The position numbers and the translations under genes are program-made. Below are positions 15,617 through 16,009 of a stretch of DNA of 16,009 nucleotides, in pieces. Each line of letters begins with the position of its first letter. Position 1 is the stretch's first letter. This DNA is from Chthonomonadales bacterium (lineage in GTDB: Bacteria; Armatimonadota; Chthonomonadetes; Chthonomonadales; Chthonomonadaceae): positions 1 through 16,009 of the forward strand of contig JBBQPO010000139.1 of the NCBI GenBank assembly GCA_038217285.1. Reading direction: 5' to 3'. The notes under the pieces are model-generated. The model saw only the letters and a list, made by a program, of their open reading frames with translations. It did no database searches and was not told where the DNA came from.

Positions 15617-16009
15617 GTTACTGTCCAGCCTGAAATCGCCGGGAATCTTTTGCCTTATCGGCCCGTAGGATACCTATGCTGACACGCGAAGCCTTCCAAT
15701 CTGTCTACGACCAGGGACCAGAGGCCGTCTTTACTCTCCTCACGGCGCTCGAACAACGTGTCGTCGAGTTGGAAGCCCGTCTGAACAAGGACAGCCACAA
15801 CAGCAGTAAGCCCCCCTCAAGCGATGGCCTGAGCAAGAAACCCACTCCCCGCTCCCTGCGCGAAAAAACAGGTCGCAAACAAGGCGGACAGAACGGCCAT
15901 CTCGGCACAACCCTCTCCATTTCCACCTCGCCCGATCACACGATGCCCCATATCCCCACCTGCTGTGAGGGGTGCGGAGCCTCCCTGGAAGGGGCCGAAG
16001 TGATCGCAG
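15617..16009 (+). mobile_element. IS66-family insertion sequence (ISBst12-like single-ORF group), left end, partial
   Basis: Putative left terminal inverted repeat GTTACTGTCCAGC at 15617, similar to GTAAC...CAGC ends of this group, 59 nt upstream of a transposase start. Confidence 0.75.
15676..16009 (+). CDS. IS66-family transposase, N-terminal part (partial)
   Basis: Not in the ORF track. MLTREAFQSVYDQGPEAVFTLLTALEQRVVELEARLNKDSHNSSKPPSSDGLSKKPTPRSLREKTGRKQGGQNGHLGTTL...CEGCGASL: coiled coil, NSSKPPSSD, GGQxGHxG and CxxC zinc-finger start. Confidence 0.93.
   Translation, partial: MLTREAFQSVYDQGPEAVFTLLTALEQRVVELEARLNKDSHNSSKPPSSDGLSKKPTPRSLREKTGRKQGGQNGHLGTTLSISTSPDHTMPHIPTCCEGCGASLEGAEVIA

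Noticed and set aside
15595-15640. Hybrid outward promoter created by the IS end (TGGACA in the IR with CATAAT)
   Set aside because: The two hexamers are only about 6 nt apart, not 16-18.
1-16009. tRNA, rRNA, CRISPR array, prophage or defence genes
   Set aside because: No such signatures were seen by eye; a covariance-model scan was not possible.

Overview
GC-rich bacterial chromosomal window with about 15 protein-coding genes and the left end of an IS66-family element. Left part (179-4283): a compact secondary-metabolism cluster on three transcription units: a SAM methyltransferase (-), a FabF-like ketosynthase with an atypical active-site motif plus a cytochrome P450 (+), and an SRPBCC/polyketide-cyclase protein (-). 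No chain-length factor is present. Middle and right: sugar-acid and general catabolic genes (Gfo/Idh/MocA oxidoreductase, ManD/RspA-type dehydratase, nucleoside hydrolase, glycerate kinase, YjhG/YagF xylonate dehydratase), an odd low-GC acyl carrier protein, a secreted NHL beta-propeller, a Tat-exported serine hydrolase, an orphan membrane protein and a YtxH + DUF948-like stress pair. Two partial CDSs at the window edges (secreted protein 1-91, IS66 transposase 15676-end) are missing from the ORF track. The most notable hidden signal is a recurring ECF-sigma-type promoter motif (GGAAC-N16/17-CGTN and variants) correctly oriented upstream of the ketosynthase, methyltransferase, cyclase, ytxH and the transposase, suggesting a stress-regulated minimal polyketide system. 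All family assignments come from motif recognition by eye; no database searches were run.
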